The notes beneath the pieces are model-generated. The model saw only the letters and a program-made list of their open reading frames with translations, was not told the DNA's origin and did not search any database. A stretch of 63,130 bases of DNA, the filler included, from Klebsormidium nitens (lineage: Eukaryota; Plantae; Klebsormidiophyceae): NCBI GenBank assembly GCA_000708835.1. It is 7 parts of 7 records of this genome, joined end to end, with 100 filler letters (N's around TTAATTAATTAA, not from the genome) between each part and the next. Parts side by side here need not be neighbours in the genome. Positions count along the whole stretch, not along the records: positions 1 to 29,080 come from DF237828.1; 6 more parts are not named here. One strand, 5' to 3'. Shown one piece after another: positions 1 to 11,610 of the stretch. Within the stretch, counting starts at the first letter, position 1; each line of letters begins with the position of its first letter. The position numbers and the translations under genes were made by a program.

Positions 1-9
1 CCCATATCG

Positions 10-1110
10 AGGGTTTTGCTCAGTAGAGTCTTGTGTACTTTCCTATCTTCGCTGCGGCGATGCTCTCTGACAGGTTGGTGCTATCCTTGTGTTGGTAGGT
101 GCTCTGGCCTCGTCGACTCCATCTCTGCAGCTCACTCTTGGAAGGCTCACTGGCCTGCAATTGACGCTGATACGGGTGAGCTCCTCTCCCTTGCTGCCCT
201 TCTCTGCTAGATATTACGTCTTAACATCTGGAGCACAGCGCAACTTACCAACTTGTTGGGACCCGCCGTAAGGGCTGTTTGTCTTGGGCTAGAAGCACGA
301 AGGTATTGGCTAACTGATGATTATGTGTCTAAAGCAGTTCGAGCATTTAAGAAGTTGGCAGCACGACTTGCCTGACAGATGCCAGACTGCATTCCTGCCT
401 CCTATCACATGATATTTTCAGACTATAGCACCGGCAGGGTGCCTTGCCTTGTTCTCTACTTGTCAAAATCTAGGCTAGGTTTTGAAGGGTATAACTTGCT
501 CTGTCCCCTCTGCGAAGTTTGCCCCATCATTCGCGATAATCGTCCATCCAGGTTTAGTCTGCGAGATGTGTTAAGTGAGATTTGTAACCTGAAGTGTGCA
601 ACATGCACCCCCTTGCTAACTCCCCTGGTCTGTTCACTAAGCTGAACGACAGAAGTTCGCTGTGCGCACCCAATTGCTAGTGAGGATCCGTGGTGTTCAG
701 CCTGGTGCTTCGTACAAACTTTCTCCCCCGAGCAAGCCAGCCATCCTCCGTTGAGGTTTTTGCGTGGAATAGTCTGGTGTACTTTCCTAGCTCAGCTGCA
801 GCAAGCTCTCTGACTGCTTGGTGCTATCCTTGTGCAGGTGGGCGGTCTGGCCTCGTCGAATCATCTCTGCAGCTCTCAACTATAGAGTGCTTCGAAGATC
901 TTCGAAGCCTGTATTGCTGGCCTGCAATTGATGCTGCATCGGGTAAGCTCCGCTTTCGTGTTGCACTTCCCAGCTAGAGATGACGCTACAAACCGCGGAG
1001 CACAGCATAGCTTTCCAACTTGTTGGGACCCGCCGTAAGGGCTGGTTAGCCAAAGACATAGTCTTGGGCTAGAAGAACTAAGGTATCGGCTAACTAACAA
1101 GTTGTAGTGA
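10..1110. repeat. Diverged direct duplication (~10-330 vs ~750-1110), possibly an old TE remnant
   Basis: Shared blocks such as gtgtactttccta, ttggtgctatccttgtg, tctggcctcgtcga, ctggcctgcaattga and ccaacttgttgggacccgccgtaagggctg occur in both halves in the same orientation. No convincing ORF. Confidence 0.65.
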
Positions 1111-1922
1111 TACAATAGGGTAGGGTAGTTAATTTGGAGTCAACACGCGAATTCCTCATGAAGCTCGAAATTCTGTTGCATCTGCTCTGCTTTCTTGGCT
1201 GCTTTACGCATTTCGAGGTCCCTTAGCCTAAGGGCCTCGCTTTCTTCCTCATTATTGATCCCGCTCGAGCCTTGACCCCCCTCTGGAAGGGCCCAAACCG
1301 TCCGACACAGCAGCTAGAAGAATGCACCAACAACATTTACAATTTGCAGTGGTGTCAACGGACTAAAACTCTTCACGATATGCCTTTCATGATGCAAAAA
1401 TAATAATATTCTTGACCTAATCGCAGTTGTGCAACCTCCAACTGCCGCAACTAAGCAGATAAGGGCACTATCCCCACGCCCTCTCGGGATGTGGACGACA
1501 GAGAACTTGCTTGACTCCGCGGCACTAAACCTAGATTTTGGGAGCTAATGCGCCTAAATCGCTAATTCATTCCTTGTTTCTAGCAATGCTATGATCAATT
1601 GCTACTAAATAAATAATATTGCTACTGAACAAGGTGAGCAAAGTTCCCTGGAGAACCACCATGTTCGGATTATAAGTTAAAAGGATCTGTCTCCAAGCTT
1701 TGACATGCTATCAGTCAACAGACCTATCCCCCCTTTCTCTATTTGTTAGCAGACCAAATCAGACCATGCTTTTGCTTTTACCTTAGTCTAAAGGCTAACT
1801 AGCTCGCCCAAGCCGGATACCTGAAGCCCATTTCAAACCTAACTATGCGTTGATTTATCTAGGTTTTGGTTGCTCTTGTTTTCATACCTTGAGCCAACGG
1901 GAGCCGTCCGGTGATAGGACCA

Positions 1923-2309
1923 ATGCCGATTCCTGCAACTGTCGGCGCCTTTGCGATCGTGCCATGCAATGATCTGCTTTCAGCCGTAGCCTTTTGGGAG
2001 CGCCTGGGATTTACGCAAACTGGGGGCGACCAATTCTACAGAATTCTCACCGGCTACGAGTGTGAGGTGCACCTCACCCAGGCTGGCGATGGACCGTGGC
2101 GCGTGCCAGCAGAGCACAATCCGTTCGGCGTATTCATCCGGACTCCTGAGGTCGAATCTATTGCTGCGCGGGTGGACGACTTAATCATACGACCAGGCGG
2201 TGTCCTGCGCCACCGGGAGTGGGGGATGTATGAAGTGGGGATCTGCGGGCCAGATGGGCTCCTCGTTCGCATCGGCTGGCCGTCTCGCTTAATGCAGCCA
2301 AGCACCTGA
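1923..2309 (+). CDS. VOC / glyoxalase-bleomycin-resistance family protein, bacterial type, intronless
   Basis: 128-aa ORF from ATG 1923 with AIVPCNDLLSAVAFWERLGF (N-terminal VOC strand-helix) and REWGMYEVGICGPDGLLVRIG (C-terminal pWG.re..v.DPDGn-like motif). Visibly more GC-rich than its flanks. Confidence 0.8.
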   Translation: MPIPATVGAFAIVPCNDLLSAVAFWERLGFTQTGGDQFYRILTGYECEVHLTQAGDGPWRVPAEHNPFGVFIRTPEVESIAARVDDLIIRPGGVLRHREWGMYEVGICGPDGLLVRIGWPSRLMQPST

Positions 2310-2539
2310 TAGGCTAATCTATGGTTGTTTGCTCACTCCTGTTGCAACGAAGTGTAGAGTTTATTAAGTCACAATTACGTACAACAGAATTTGTTTTATA
2401 GAATTGTGGTAAAACATAACGTTTCTCTTACGGATAGAAGCACGCTAGTTAGTGCTGCTTGAAATCATGGCGCGGTCAACTTCTAGCTTGCCCAAGATTG
2501 AGAGCCCACCTTTCCTCTGACCGAGCTAATTGTTGTGAA

Positions 2540-3836
2540 CGGAACAGAACGGAACGGAACGGAACGAGTTGCGAGATGCTCACCATGTAGCGCAGATCGA
2601 TCATACGGGTGCACATGTACTGCGGCCGGTGGGTGTGTAGGGCGCCCGTCTTCAGCTGCCAGATTCCGTTGTGGCAGTTGATGATGTAGACGTCCTTATC
2701 CAACAGAGCAGACATGTCGGGCGCATACATCTCGCCTTGCATGACCTCCATGGTACTCTTTATTGCCGGGGAGTTATTGTAGTTCTTGGGGCTTGAAATC
2801 AGGTCTTACCAATTTCTTTGCCTTTTTCTTGTCGTTGCCAACATCCTTCAACTCCTTGCGCAACCGTTTGCGTACTCTATCATACACCCTGCGAACCGTA
2901 TGTGCGCACCGGTAGGATCCTCCTCATAGCACGTTCCGTTCCAGTAGTACCACCCTCTTGTAGATTAACAGTCTGTAAGTAGAAGGAAGGAGGGGATTGT
3001 AGATGCCCCGCCGGTGTATCAGATAGTTTGGCCAAAAGACTGAACGCCTTCGATACTTTTTCTACAGCCGATTGGATGTTGGCCCACCAGTTTGCAGCCC
3101 AGATTCGGCGGCAACCAGCATCTCAGATAGTTTGCGCAGAAGCTTGAACAACATAAACATGTCGGACCCGCGCACGTACCTGCCGCAGGAAGAGTACATC
3201 TGAGTGGCGATATGGCTTCCGCCCATCTCCCCCTGAAACGCCCAGTGGTCCACGAAGCGCTTGTCCAGGGTCTTATAGACGCTCTCGTCGTCGGCGGAAA
3301 CGGGGGCCACCTCCCCGCCGAGCATCGCCTCGTATCGAGTGAGCATCCCAATCTGCTTGAGGGGCCGGACGTCGCAACACTCGCTACTGTTGCAGGAGTA
3401 GAGCAACGCCCGGCCGCGAACGAGGACGGAAAAGTTGTTCGATGTGTGTTGATGCCTGTACGGGCATGTACGCACTCCGTGAGCCCTCTATACGTACATG
3501 TCGCCGGCTGGGTACTTCTTCAGCCTGTCGAAGGTGGAGGTTGTATCTCCCGCTTTCGCGAGACACACTCGAATTCGCTCCAAGACGGCCGGTTCGGCGT
3601 TGCCACCCCTCTCGGTCGGGTCTGGTTCGGCCGTGGGACCCCCGAAGGGCTCAATTTTGACGGAGTCCCTGAAATACACACGAGCGTTGAACGGTCGGCG
3701 GCAGCTTGAACTTTCATGAACGGTTGCACACCTCATACGTCTCTGCGTTCAAACGTTCGGGGAATGGCGCAAATTTTTTCGATCACTCCAGAAGTGGTGC
3801 AACGGTTGCAGCCATTGGAGGGATTTGGAGAGCATC
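2540..3836 (-). pseudogene. Primase-helicase copy C: degenerate paralogue of spliced copy B, lacking the helicase half
   Basis: Exon homologues at 3668-~3180 (RDSVK...SQMYSSCG) and ~2985-2584 (D5_N: IINCHNGIWQLKTG) use the same splice sites as copy B. The D5_N exon has frameshifts and a deletion, and homology stops in the following intron at a (GAACG)n tract (~2537-2567). Confidence 0.85.
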
Positions 3837-4507
3837 NNNNNNNNNNNNNNNNNNNNNNNNNNNNNNNNNNNNNNNNNNNNNNNNNNNNNNNNNNNNNNNN
3901 NNNNNNNNNNNNNNNNNNNNNNNNNNNNNNNNNNNNNNNNNNNNNNNNNNNNNNNNNNNNNNNNNNNNNNNNNNNNNNNNNNNNNNNNNNNNNNNNNNNN
4001 NNNNNNNNNNNNNNNNNNNNNNNNNNNNNNNNNNNNNNNNNNNNNNNNNNNNNNNNNNNNNNNNNNNNNNNNNNNNNNNNNNNNNNNNNNNNNNNNNNNN
4101 NNNNNNNNNNNNNNNNNNNNNNNNNNNNNNNNNNNNNNNNNNNNNNNNNNNNNNNNNNNNNNNNNNNNNNNNNNNNNNNNNNNNNNNNNNNNNNNNNNNN
4201 NNNNNNNNNNNNNNNNNNNNNNNNNNNNNNNNNNNNNNNNNNNNNNNNNNNNNNNNNNNNNNNNNNNNNNNNNNNNNNNNNNNNNNNNNNNNNNNNNNNN
4301 NNNNNNNNNNNNNNNNNNNNNNNNNNNNNNNNNNNNNNNNNNNNNNNNNNNNNNNNNNNNNNNNNNNNNNNNNNNNNNNNNNNNNNNNNNNNNNNNNNNN
4401 NNNNNNNNNNNNNNNNNNNNNNNNNNNNNNNNNNNNNNNNNNNNNNNNNNNNNNNNNNNNNNNNNNNNNNNNNNNNNNNNNNNNNNNNNNNNNNNNNNNN
4501 NNNNNNN

Positions 4508-5340
4508 CGCCTCCTGCAAAAGCCGGAGACCGAGAAAAAGTTTGTGCGAATTCCTAAACACTCTGAACAGGACCAGAAAGGCTACTAGACTCGGCGCGCA
4601 TCAAGATGTTTACAAAGTTCATGCTTTGCCCAAACTATTCTGAGATCCGAGGTCAGCCGACCTACCTCCGATCCGTCGGGAGTGGCTACCTCAGTTGCCT
4701 CCGGCCGTGGGTTTGCTTCGATCTCCATACCAGCATGTACTGCTGCCTCTGCTGCCGCCTCCTGAAAAAGCCGGAGACCGAAGAAAGTTTGCGCGAATTT
4801 CTGAACATCCTGAAGATGACAAAGAAGGCTACTAAACTCAGCACGCATCCCGACGTTTATGATGTTCACGCTTTTGCCCAAACTATTCTGAGATCCGAGG
4901 TCAGTAGACCCACCTCCGACCCGTCGCGAGTGGCCTCCTCAGTTGCCTCCGGCCGTGGCTCAAGTTGTCCGATCTCCATACCAGCCTCTGCCTCTACCTC
5001 TGCCTCCGCCTCTGCTGCCGCCACTTGGAAAAGCCGGTGACCGAGAAAAGTTTGCGCAAATTCATGAACACTCTGAACAGGACCAGAAAGGCTAATAGAC
5101 TTGGCGAACTTCAAGATGTTTACAAAGTTCATACTTTGCCCAAACTATTCTCAGAGAACTTCAAGATGTTTACAAAGTTCATACTTTGCCCAAACTATTC
5201 TCAGATCCAAGGTCAGTAGACCTACTTCTGGATCGTCGCAGGTGGCTTCAACATCTGCCTCTGGGTGTGGGTTTGCTTTGATCTCCATAGCAGCATGTAC
5301 TGCCGCCTCTGCTGCCACCTTATTCAAAAGCTGGACACCG
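4508..5340. repeat. Array of ~200-250 bp degenerate units with head-to-head copies of the TGTTCA-motif (same family as 25255-27900)
   Basis: Recurring aaaagccggagaccgag..tttgcgcaaatt..tgaaca..ctgaaca...gatgtttacaaagttcat.ctttgcccaaactattctgagatcc. Exact ~50-bp tandem copy at ~5108-5207. Confidence 0.9.
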
Positions 5341-6224
5341 AGAAATTGCCGCGACATCGGGCAATTCGATAATTACGAACATCGAATCGAAACGGTACTT
5401 AGGGACAAGGCACCGGTCAAAACAATCAAGTAATGCGACCGAGTTGCCACCCACTGCGCAGTGCATAGGCTTACGGACAAGCAGCCCACGGAATAAGTAC
5501 GAACAGGGCCAAAAGGTCGACCGCCGTAAATGCACAGGAAACCCTAGCGGGTAAAAAGGTTGGTAGAAGGGGCTTGGTGATTTCCGAACTTTAAGATGGT
5601 ACTTGCCATTGAGTCGAACAGTTCCAGTCAAATTGCAAGTGGGCACTGCTATGTAGATTTTCCNNNNNNNNNNNNNNNNNNNNNNNNNNNNNNNNNNNNN
5701 NNNNNNNNNNNNNNNNNNNNNNNNNNNNNNNNNNNNNNNNNNNNNNNNNNNNNNNNNNNNNNNNNNNNNNNNNNNNNNNNNNNNNNNNNNNNNNNNNNNN
5801 NNNNNNNNNNNNNNNNNNNNNNNNNNNNNNNNNNNNNNNNNNNNNNNNNNNNNNNNNNNNNNNNNNNNNNNNNNNNNNNNNNNNNNNNNNNNNNNNNNNN
5901 NNNNNNNNNNNNNNNNNNNNNNNNNNNNNNNNNNNNNNNNNNNNNNNNNNNNNNNNNNNNNNNNNNNNNNNNNNNNNNNNNNNNNNNNNNNNNNNNNNNN
6001 NNNNNNNNNNNNNNNNNNNNNNNNNNNNNNNNNNNNNNNNNNNNNNNNNNNNNNNNNNNNNNNNNNNNNNNNNNNNNNNNNNNNNNNNNNNNNNNNNNNN
6101 NNNNNNNNNNNNNNNNNNNNNNNNNNNNNNNNNNNNNNNNNNNNNNNNNNNNNNNNNNNNNNNNNNNNNNNNNNNNNNNNNNNNNNNNNNNNNNNNNNNN
6201 NNNNNNNNNNNNNNNNNNNNNNNN

Positions 6225-9200
6225 TGACAGGGTGGCATCACTCTGCTACATTTGCAGACAACAGATCTGGACAAAGGAGCCTAGCAGCGGTGCACTGAGG
6301 CTGAGCTTCCGCAAATTCAGCACACTGAAAGGCTACCTGATCACTGCCAGCGTGCCTAAGAGCAAGCAGGTGAAACAGCTTCTGTGCCTCAGCTGCGTTG
6401 CCCGCCATTTAGGCTCAGTCGGAGAAAGCGCAGATGGCCTTTCACTGCTGCTCACAGACAGGCCCCCGGGTCTGCAAGATGCAGTGCTTTTTCAGCGGGA
6501 GAGGTCAGGTGCATGGCTGCAGAGGTTGCAGCTTACCGACCAACTCCTGGAGGAGGCCTCCGCGGCCAATGAGGGTGGTAGGAAAAGGAAGAACCCTAAA
6601 AAATCTGCAGCTGAGAGCTCTGGCCGGGGAATGCAGGCTGGCAAGAGACCGCGCGCAGCGTCGGTGAGCTGATGATTATTTTCTTCTTAGATCCTATGAA
6701 TATTTGCAATGCATCAGAAATCGTCCAACAATTGCATCAGCCCGGCCAGATTGTGCTGGACCCATTGTCTTGCATGCGCCCATTTAAAGAAAGGAAACAC
6801 GCGGTCCGATTACATGCTCTTCATGGAATTTATCATTGCTCGCCACCCAAAAGGCTCTTTGTTGGACAAGATTCCACAGGCAGTCTTGACCTGCTCGTTC
6901 CGCTCAGATTCTGAGCATGGTGTGAGGCTGATATCTGAGGCTGGTCAGGAGGTGTATCTGAAGGACTTGGTCGGCCCTTGCAGGCGCTCGAAGGCGGGCC
7001 CCGCAGCATTGCCAGCCAAGCCACCCTCTTCCTCAGTGGCGTGCTAGATGGCACGTGCCGCATGGTGTTGCCGGCGGGCCAGGACGGAGAGGGTCCGCTC
7101 CTCGGCAGGCTGTACCTGACGGCGTGGGATCACAATCGCGCAAAGCCGAAGCCGCTGGGCAAACCTTGCAAAGAGAAAGCACTGCTGGAGGAGGTCTGGT
7201 GGGACACCCAGGGCCGTCTCAATTGTACCTGCGACCGCGGCAGGCTGTCTTTAGAAGCCTCCTGCGTGCACAAGCTGGTCTTGGCGTCCCTCTGCACGGA
7301 CTCCATCGCCAGCAGCTGCCTGCCGACCGCGAAGGTCCTGAGCCAGGGGGGGCTCGTGGTCGAGCATCTGGGCGCAGACTCGAGTGGCACCTTCTATGCA
7401 GTGAGGAACAGTCCTTTGGGAGTGAGCCCTGAGCATAGGATGCTCCACCGGTCCACGGCTGGAGCCTGGTACTGTCAGGGCAAACTCAGCGGCTGTCCTG
7501 CGCAAGAATGCACTCACATCGCGGCGGCCAAGGCTACCCTAGCAGCGGGAAAGTTGCAGCATTGTGAGGGCATCCTTCTCGGGCCGGACGCCCTAAGTAC
7601 GGCAGCTCACTGGATCCTGGAACGGGAGGGTGAGCTGCCGTTGCTTGGCGAGCCGGACGAGCAAAGGGTGCAGAGGGCAGGGTGCGCAATCGGGCAAGGG
7701 GCAACCAATGAGGAGGAGGTCCTGCTGGGATTGATCGCCGGACAGAAGCACGGAGCGGCAGAGTGTCTGGGAGACGAGTGCTTCTGCCGGAAGCATCGGA
7801 TTCTTTTTGGAGAAGCGCGGGTGCCCTTAGACGCCATCGACGAGGCAGAGGCCCCGGAACCGTCGAGCACCGGCGTCGAGCTTTGGAAGCGGGCGCCGAG
7901 GGGTTCGAAATACTGGGCGGACCACGCGGGCGAGCTGCAAAGAGCCGCGCCACGCAGTGCCCCGGAGGAGCCGGCGGAGGACGCGCGGGGGAAGGAGGCA
8001 GTCCACGGCTGGGTAACAGCTTGCAATAGCTGCACTCTTAGCGGGGTGCTGCAAGGGGGATGCAAGCACGCGGAGGGGGAGCGCATCCAGGTGCCGATCA
8101 TGCTGCTGGGGACGGAGGCTCTGCAGGTCACGCAGCCCAAACTGGGCAAGCTCAGCGACTCCCAGCTTCACCATGACCCATGGATCAGCTGCCTCAAGGG
8201 AGGGCCGGTCCGCGTCAGCAAGCTAAGGGATTGCCATTTTCGCGAGCTCAGCCAGCTGGGCATGCTGAGGGCCGCTTGCCCGATTCAGGCACCCCCCTGC
8301 GGCGGCAAATGGGTAGAGCACGTGAAGGCGGCCTTCATCCACGGCTCCACCTGGTCGGAGCCAGTGCAAACGACGATCTACTGCTGCCAGTGCACTAGCA
8401 AGGCGCACACCGTGCACTTTTGTGGGGAACATCTCGGCCTCTACTGCTGGACGCAGGGGACGATCCTGGTTCAAGAAAGCTTGCAGCTCATCCTGAAGGG
8501 AATGCAACGATCGGGATCGGCCTTCTCCGCTGAGTTGGCGAGGGACCAGGAGGCTTTCGCCCGCTCCCCCGACTCGGTCGTTTTATCGGACGAGAGTTGG
8601 CGGCGGGCGAGTCTCGACTTCTTCAGGCTGGTCGGCAGGCAGATCCTCGAGTGCTGTTCTATCTGCGGCGTGCATCCGGAGGTGAGCACTTGTTGCAGCG
8701 TGGTCTCTTCTCTCGTAGTGTCGTCAATCTATGAGGAATGACGGATCCGTCGGCAAGCGCCCGAAGCGAATCTATATCCAAATTTAAATCACCGTCGTCG
8801 AATTCGTCGGGCAATGCAAGTCGGGTCACGTGAGTGGATAAGCTCTGCCTTGCCGCATCCATGCCGTGGCATTCTTCGAGGTTTTAATCGCGCCAGTATT
8901 TCCGCATTGCGTCATCCAATTTGCAAGTCAGGCATGACCCTTGGAGAATGAGTCAAAAGTTGCAAGTCCATACACACTTATATATATATAATAGAACGCA
9001 AGTTTTGACTGTCGGCCAGTTTTGTACGCCTGCGTCGAGATGCAAGATGCTGGCGACAATGATGACGAGGGGGAACCAGTTTCCAATCATTTTGACACCG
9101 TATGGAACCGCGCAAAAAGGCCACTAGAGTTGCGGCATGTTTTTGGAAGGCGAAGGCCATGTTGTCAAGAGTGGTGATCCATTCATGAAACATCAATATA

Positions 9201-11230
9201 TGGTCGAACGCCCGGGGCTCCACCCTAGACTTTTCGATGCTTACGCAAAACGCCTTCGAGCTTCGCAGGTGCTCCTGGCCGATGGAATAGTTGGAGTAGC
9301 AAACTCGGACGGTGGCAAACGGCCGGGAGGCTTAGGGAGTACCTCTCTGGACTGCAGGCGGACGTTCGTCCACCCGAGCCAGCAATCGGGCGGCGAGGCC
9401 CTGGAGAAGCAGTCCATCTCGGGCCGCGATTACTGCGCCGCAGGTCTGGAAGGTGGTGGCATGAAGCGGCGACTCCTGCTGCAGCCGGAGCTCCGCGACC
9501 TGCTTGCACGTCTCTCGCAGCACAGGCCGACGTCAGAGAGACTTGGGCAACGGCTCAGCGAGGCGGAGTACCTCGATCTCAAGGCAGCGCTCGCTCGGGA
9601 GGACGTGAAGGAGGTGGTGCGCTTCACCCAAGTGGAGGGCGAACCGGGCAGNNNNNNNNNNNNNNNNNNNNNNNNNNNNNNNNNNNNNNNNNNNNNNNNN
9701 NNNNNNNNNNNNNNNNNNNNNNNNNNNNNNNNNNNNNNNNNNNNNNNNNNNNNNNNNNNNNNNNNNNNNNNNNNNNNNNNNNNNNNNNNNNNNNNNNNNN
9801 NNNNNNNNNNNNNNNNNNNNNNNNNNNNNNNNNNNNNNNNNNNNNNNNNTTGCGGAGTCATCGGGACATCGGGCGGTCTCTCGGTCGTTTGCAGGCTGCT
9901 GCTGGGGTACGCGGCCACGGTGGAGGACCGGCGGCTGCTCGGAGCTGGCTCGCCAATCCTGCGGCGGTTGCTGGACGCCTACGGCGGCGGCTGCTTCCCG
10001 GCCTTTTTCGCGCCGGCCCTCCACCATCTGTACATTCTGACCGCGCTCGCCCGCGGCTGCACTGGCTTTGGAGACGAGTATCGGGACGGTTGGGTTATAG
10101 CCGCGCTCAGGCCTCTGAACCACGCCGTCGAGCTGTTGCGGATCCAAGCGGAGAGGGGCGCGCTGAACGGGCAGGAGACGCGACTTTTGGCGAATGCTCG
10201 CGGTCTCGCGGAACAGCTGCTGCCCGGTGTGGAGGCGTTGCAGCCGAGCCCGGATCAATGGGCGGCAATGAGCGGGGTCGAGCGGAGCCTCATATGGGAG
10301 CGGCTCGGCGTGGACGAGGAGGGGCAGCAGATGCACCCATTGCCCTCTGGGCATAGCTTTCGAGCGGAGCAGGATTCGCTGGGCCACTACTCCCTCCCGG
10401 GATGGGAACAGAAGCGAGGGCTACCGCACTACGTCACGTTCGAGCACGCTGACGGGAAGAGTCGGACGGGGGAGGAATTCAAGTGCAATTCGGGGCAGAC
10501 GGAGACCGAATGGGACGCCGCGAACGTGCCCGCGGCTGACGCGGGGAGGCGGCAAGGGGAAGAAGGCAAAGCGGCCGCACAAGAGCAGAGGCGCGATGGT
10601 GGTCTGCTGCCCCCATCGCGTCATATACGGCTTCCACGTGATGCTGAGGGGCGAAAGCCCGCGGGACGTATTCGCCGTGCTCTTCACGCGGCTCAACCGG
10701 GAGCACCTCCCCAAATTCGTCGTCTACGACAATGCCTGCGCCCTTCGCAACTACTGCATGCGCCGGGAGCCCGCCTTCTTCAGTGACGTCACCTTCGTCG
10801 TCGACAGGTGAGAGATCGTTATTCTCAATCGCAATCTTGCAAGCGCCTGTTAAAACGTGTACAGATGCATTCACTGTGCAACACATCTTGCAAGGTACGG
10901 AGCAAGTAGCTGAAGAATTGCGATTTTTTGTGCAGGTTCCATTACGCCAAGGCGGGGGCGGAAGTGCATAAATGTGGGCCCTCCAACGCGACCGACTTCT
11001 ACGATGAGCTCCGCTGGGTCAACACCTCAGCGGTCGAGAGCGTCAACAGCTTCTTGAAGAGGTTTAGGACGCTGGGCTGGTACTCGGGATTAGAAAGCTT
11101 CATGATCTTCCTGCCCATTCTTCTCAGTGGGTATAACGTAGATCTCAGGCGTGTAGACGACGCCAAGCTGACGGTAGCTTTGCCAGCCAGGCTTTGGAGT
11201 GCCGCAGTCAGGAGGCTGCTGTTGCAATGA
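6225..11230 (+). mobile_element. Spliced KDZ (Kyakuja-Dileera-Zisupton) superfamily DNA transposase gene with SWIM zinc fingers and a CxC domain
   Basis: SWIM-like motifs (NCTCDRGRLSLEASCVHK; WYCQGKLSGCPAQECTHI), Cys cluster (CPIQAPPCGG...YCCQC...H..CGEHLGL), CSICGVHPE|VLLADG joined across intron 8682-9268, then MVVCCPH..YGFHVMLRGESPRD, YDNACALRNYCMRREPAFF, VDR|FH across intron 10808-10935, NTSAVESVNSFLK. One apparent frameshift near 10500-10560. The 5' end is hidden in the gap. No termini identified. Confidence 0.85.
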
Positions 11231-11247
11231 TAGCAAGTGGAACGATA

Positions 11248-11610
11248 GCCTCGATCCAAAAACCAAAAAACCCAAAACTTTTGATAGTATGCAAATGAGT
11301 AGATGCATCTATATTTTTTTAAAAACATTTCAAATGGATGATAATTTTTGGGTTTTTTGGGTTTTGGTCAGACCCCCACCTCCGGGCCTCTTGCCACTCT
11401 CGCGTCTCGATTGTTGCATTGATGGCAGGTGGAAGGAGAGAGGAGAGGCCTCGATCCAAAAACCAAAAAACCCAAAGATTTCGATAGTATGCAAATGAGT
11501 AGATGATATGTATACTTTTTAAAAACATTTCAAATGGATGATATTTTTTGGATTTTTTGGGTTTTGGTCAGAGCTCCTCCAACCTTGCCTCTTGCCACTC
11601 TCTCGTCTCT
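11248..11610. terminator. Tandem 200-bp duplication, each unit an ~110-nt hairpin abutting the primase-helicase stop codon
   Basis: Arms ccaaaaaccaaaaaacccaaa (11256, 11456) pair with tttgggttttttgggttttgg-like arms ending at 11367 and 11567. The minus-strand TGA follows directly (11368-70 and 11568-70). The terminator function is inferred. Confidence 0.55.

Noticed and set aside
4508-5340. Repeat arrays as a CRISPR array, or as coding repeats (MFKMFTKF..., MFMMFMLLPK...)
   Set aside because: The repeats are degenerate, the spacers are homologous to each other, and no cas genes are present. The short ORFs are in inconsistent frames with frequent stops, so conservation is at the DNA level.
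3706-6672. Long ORFs in the track that span N gaps (also 13694-14905, 18534-19171, 42486-43639)
   Set aside because: Their length comes from X runs. Only frames with independent motif support on the sequenced sides were kept.
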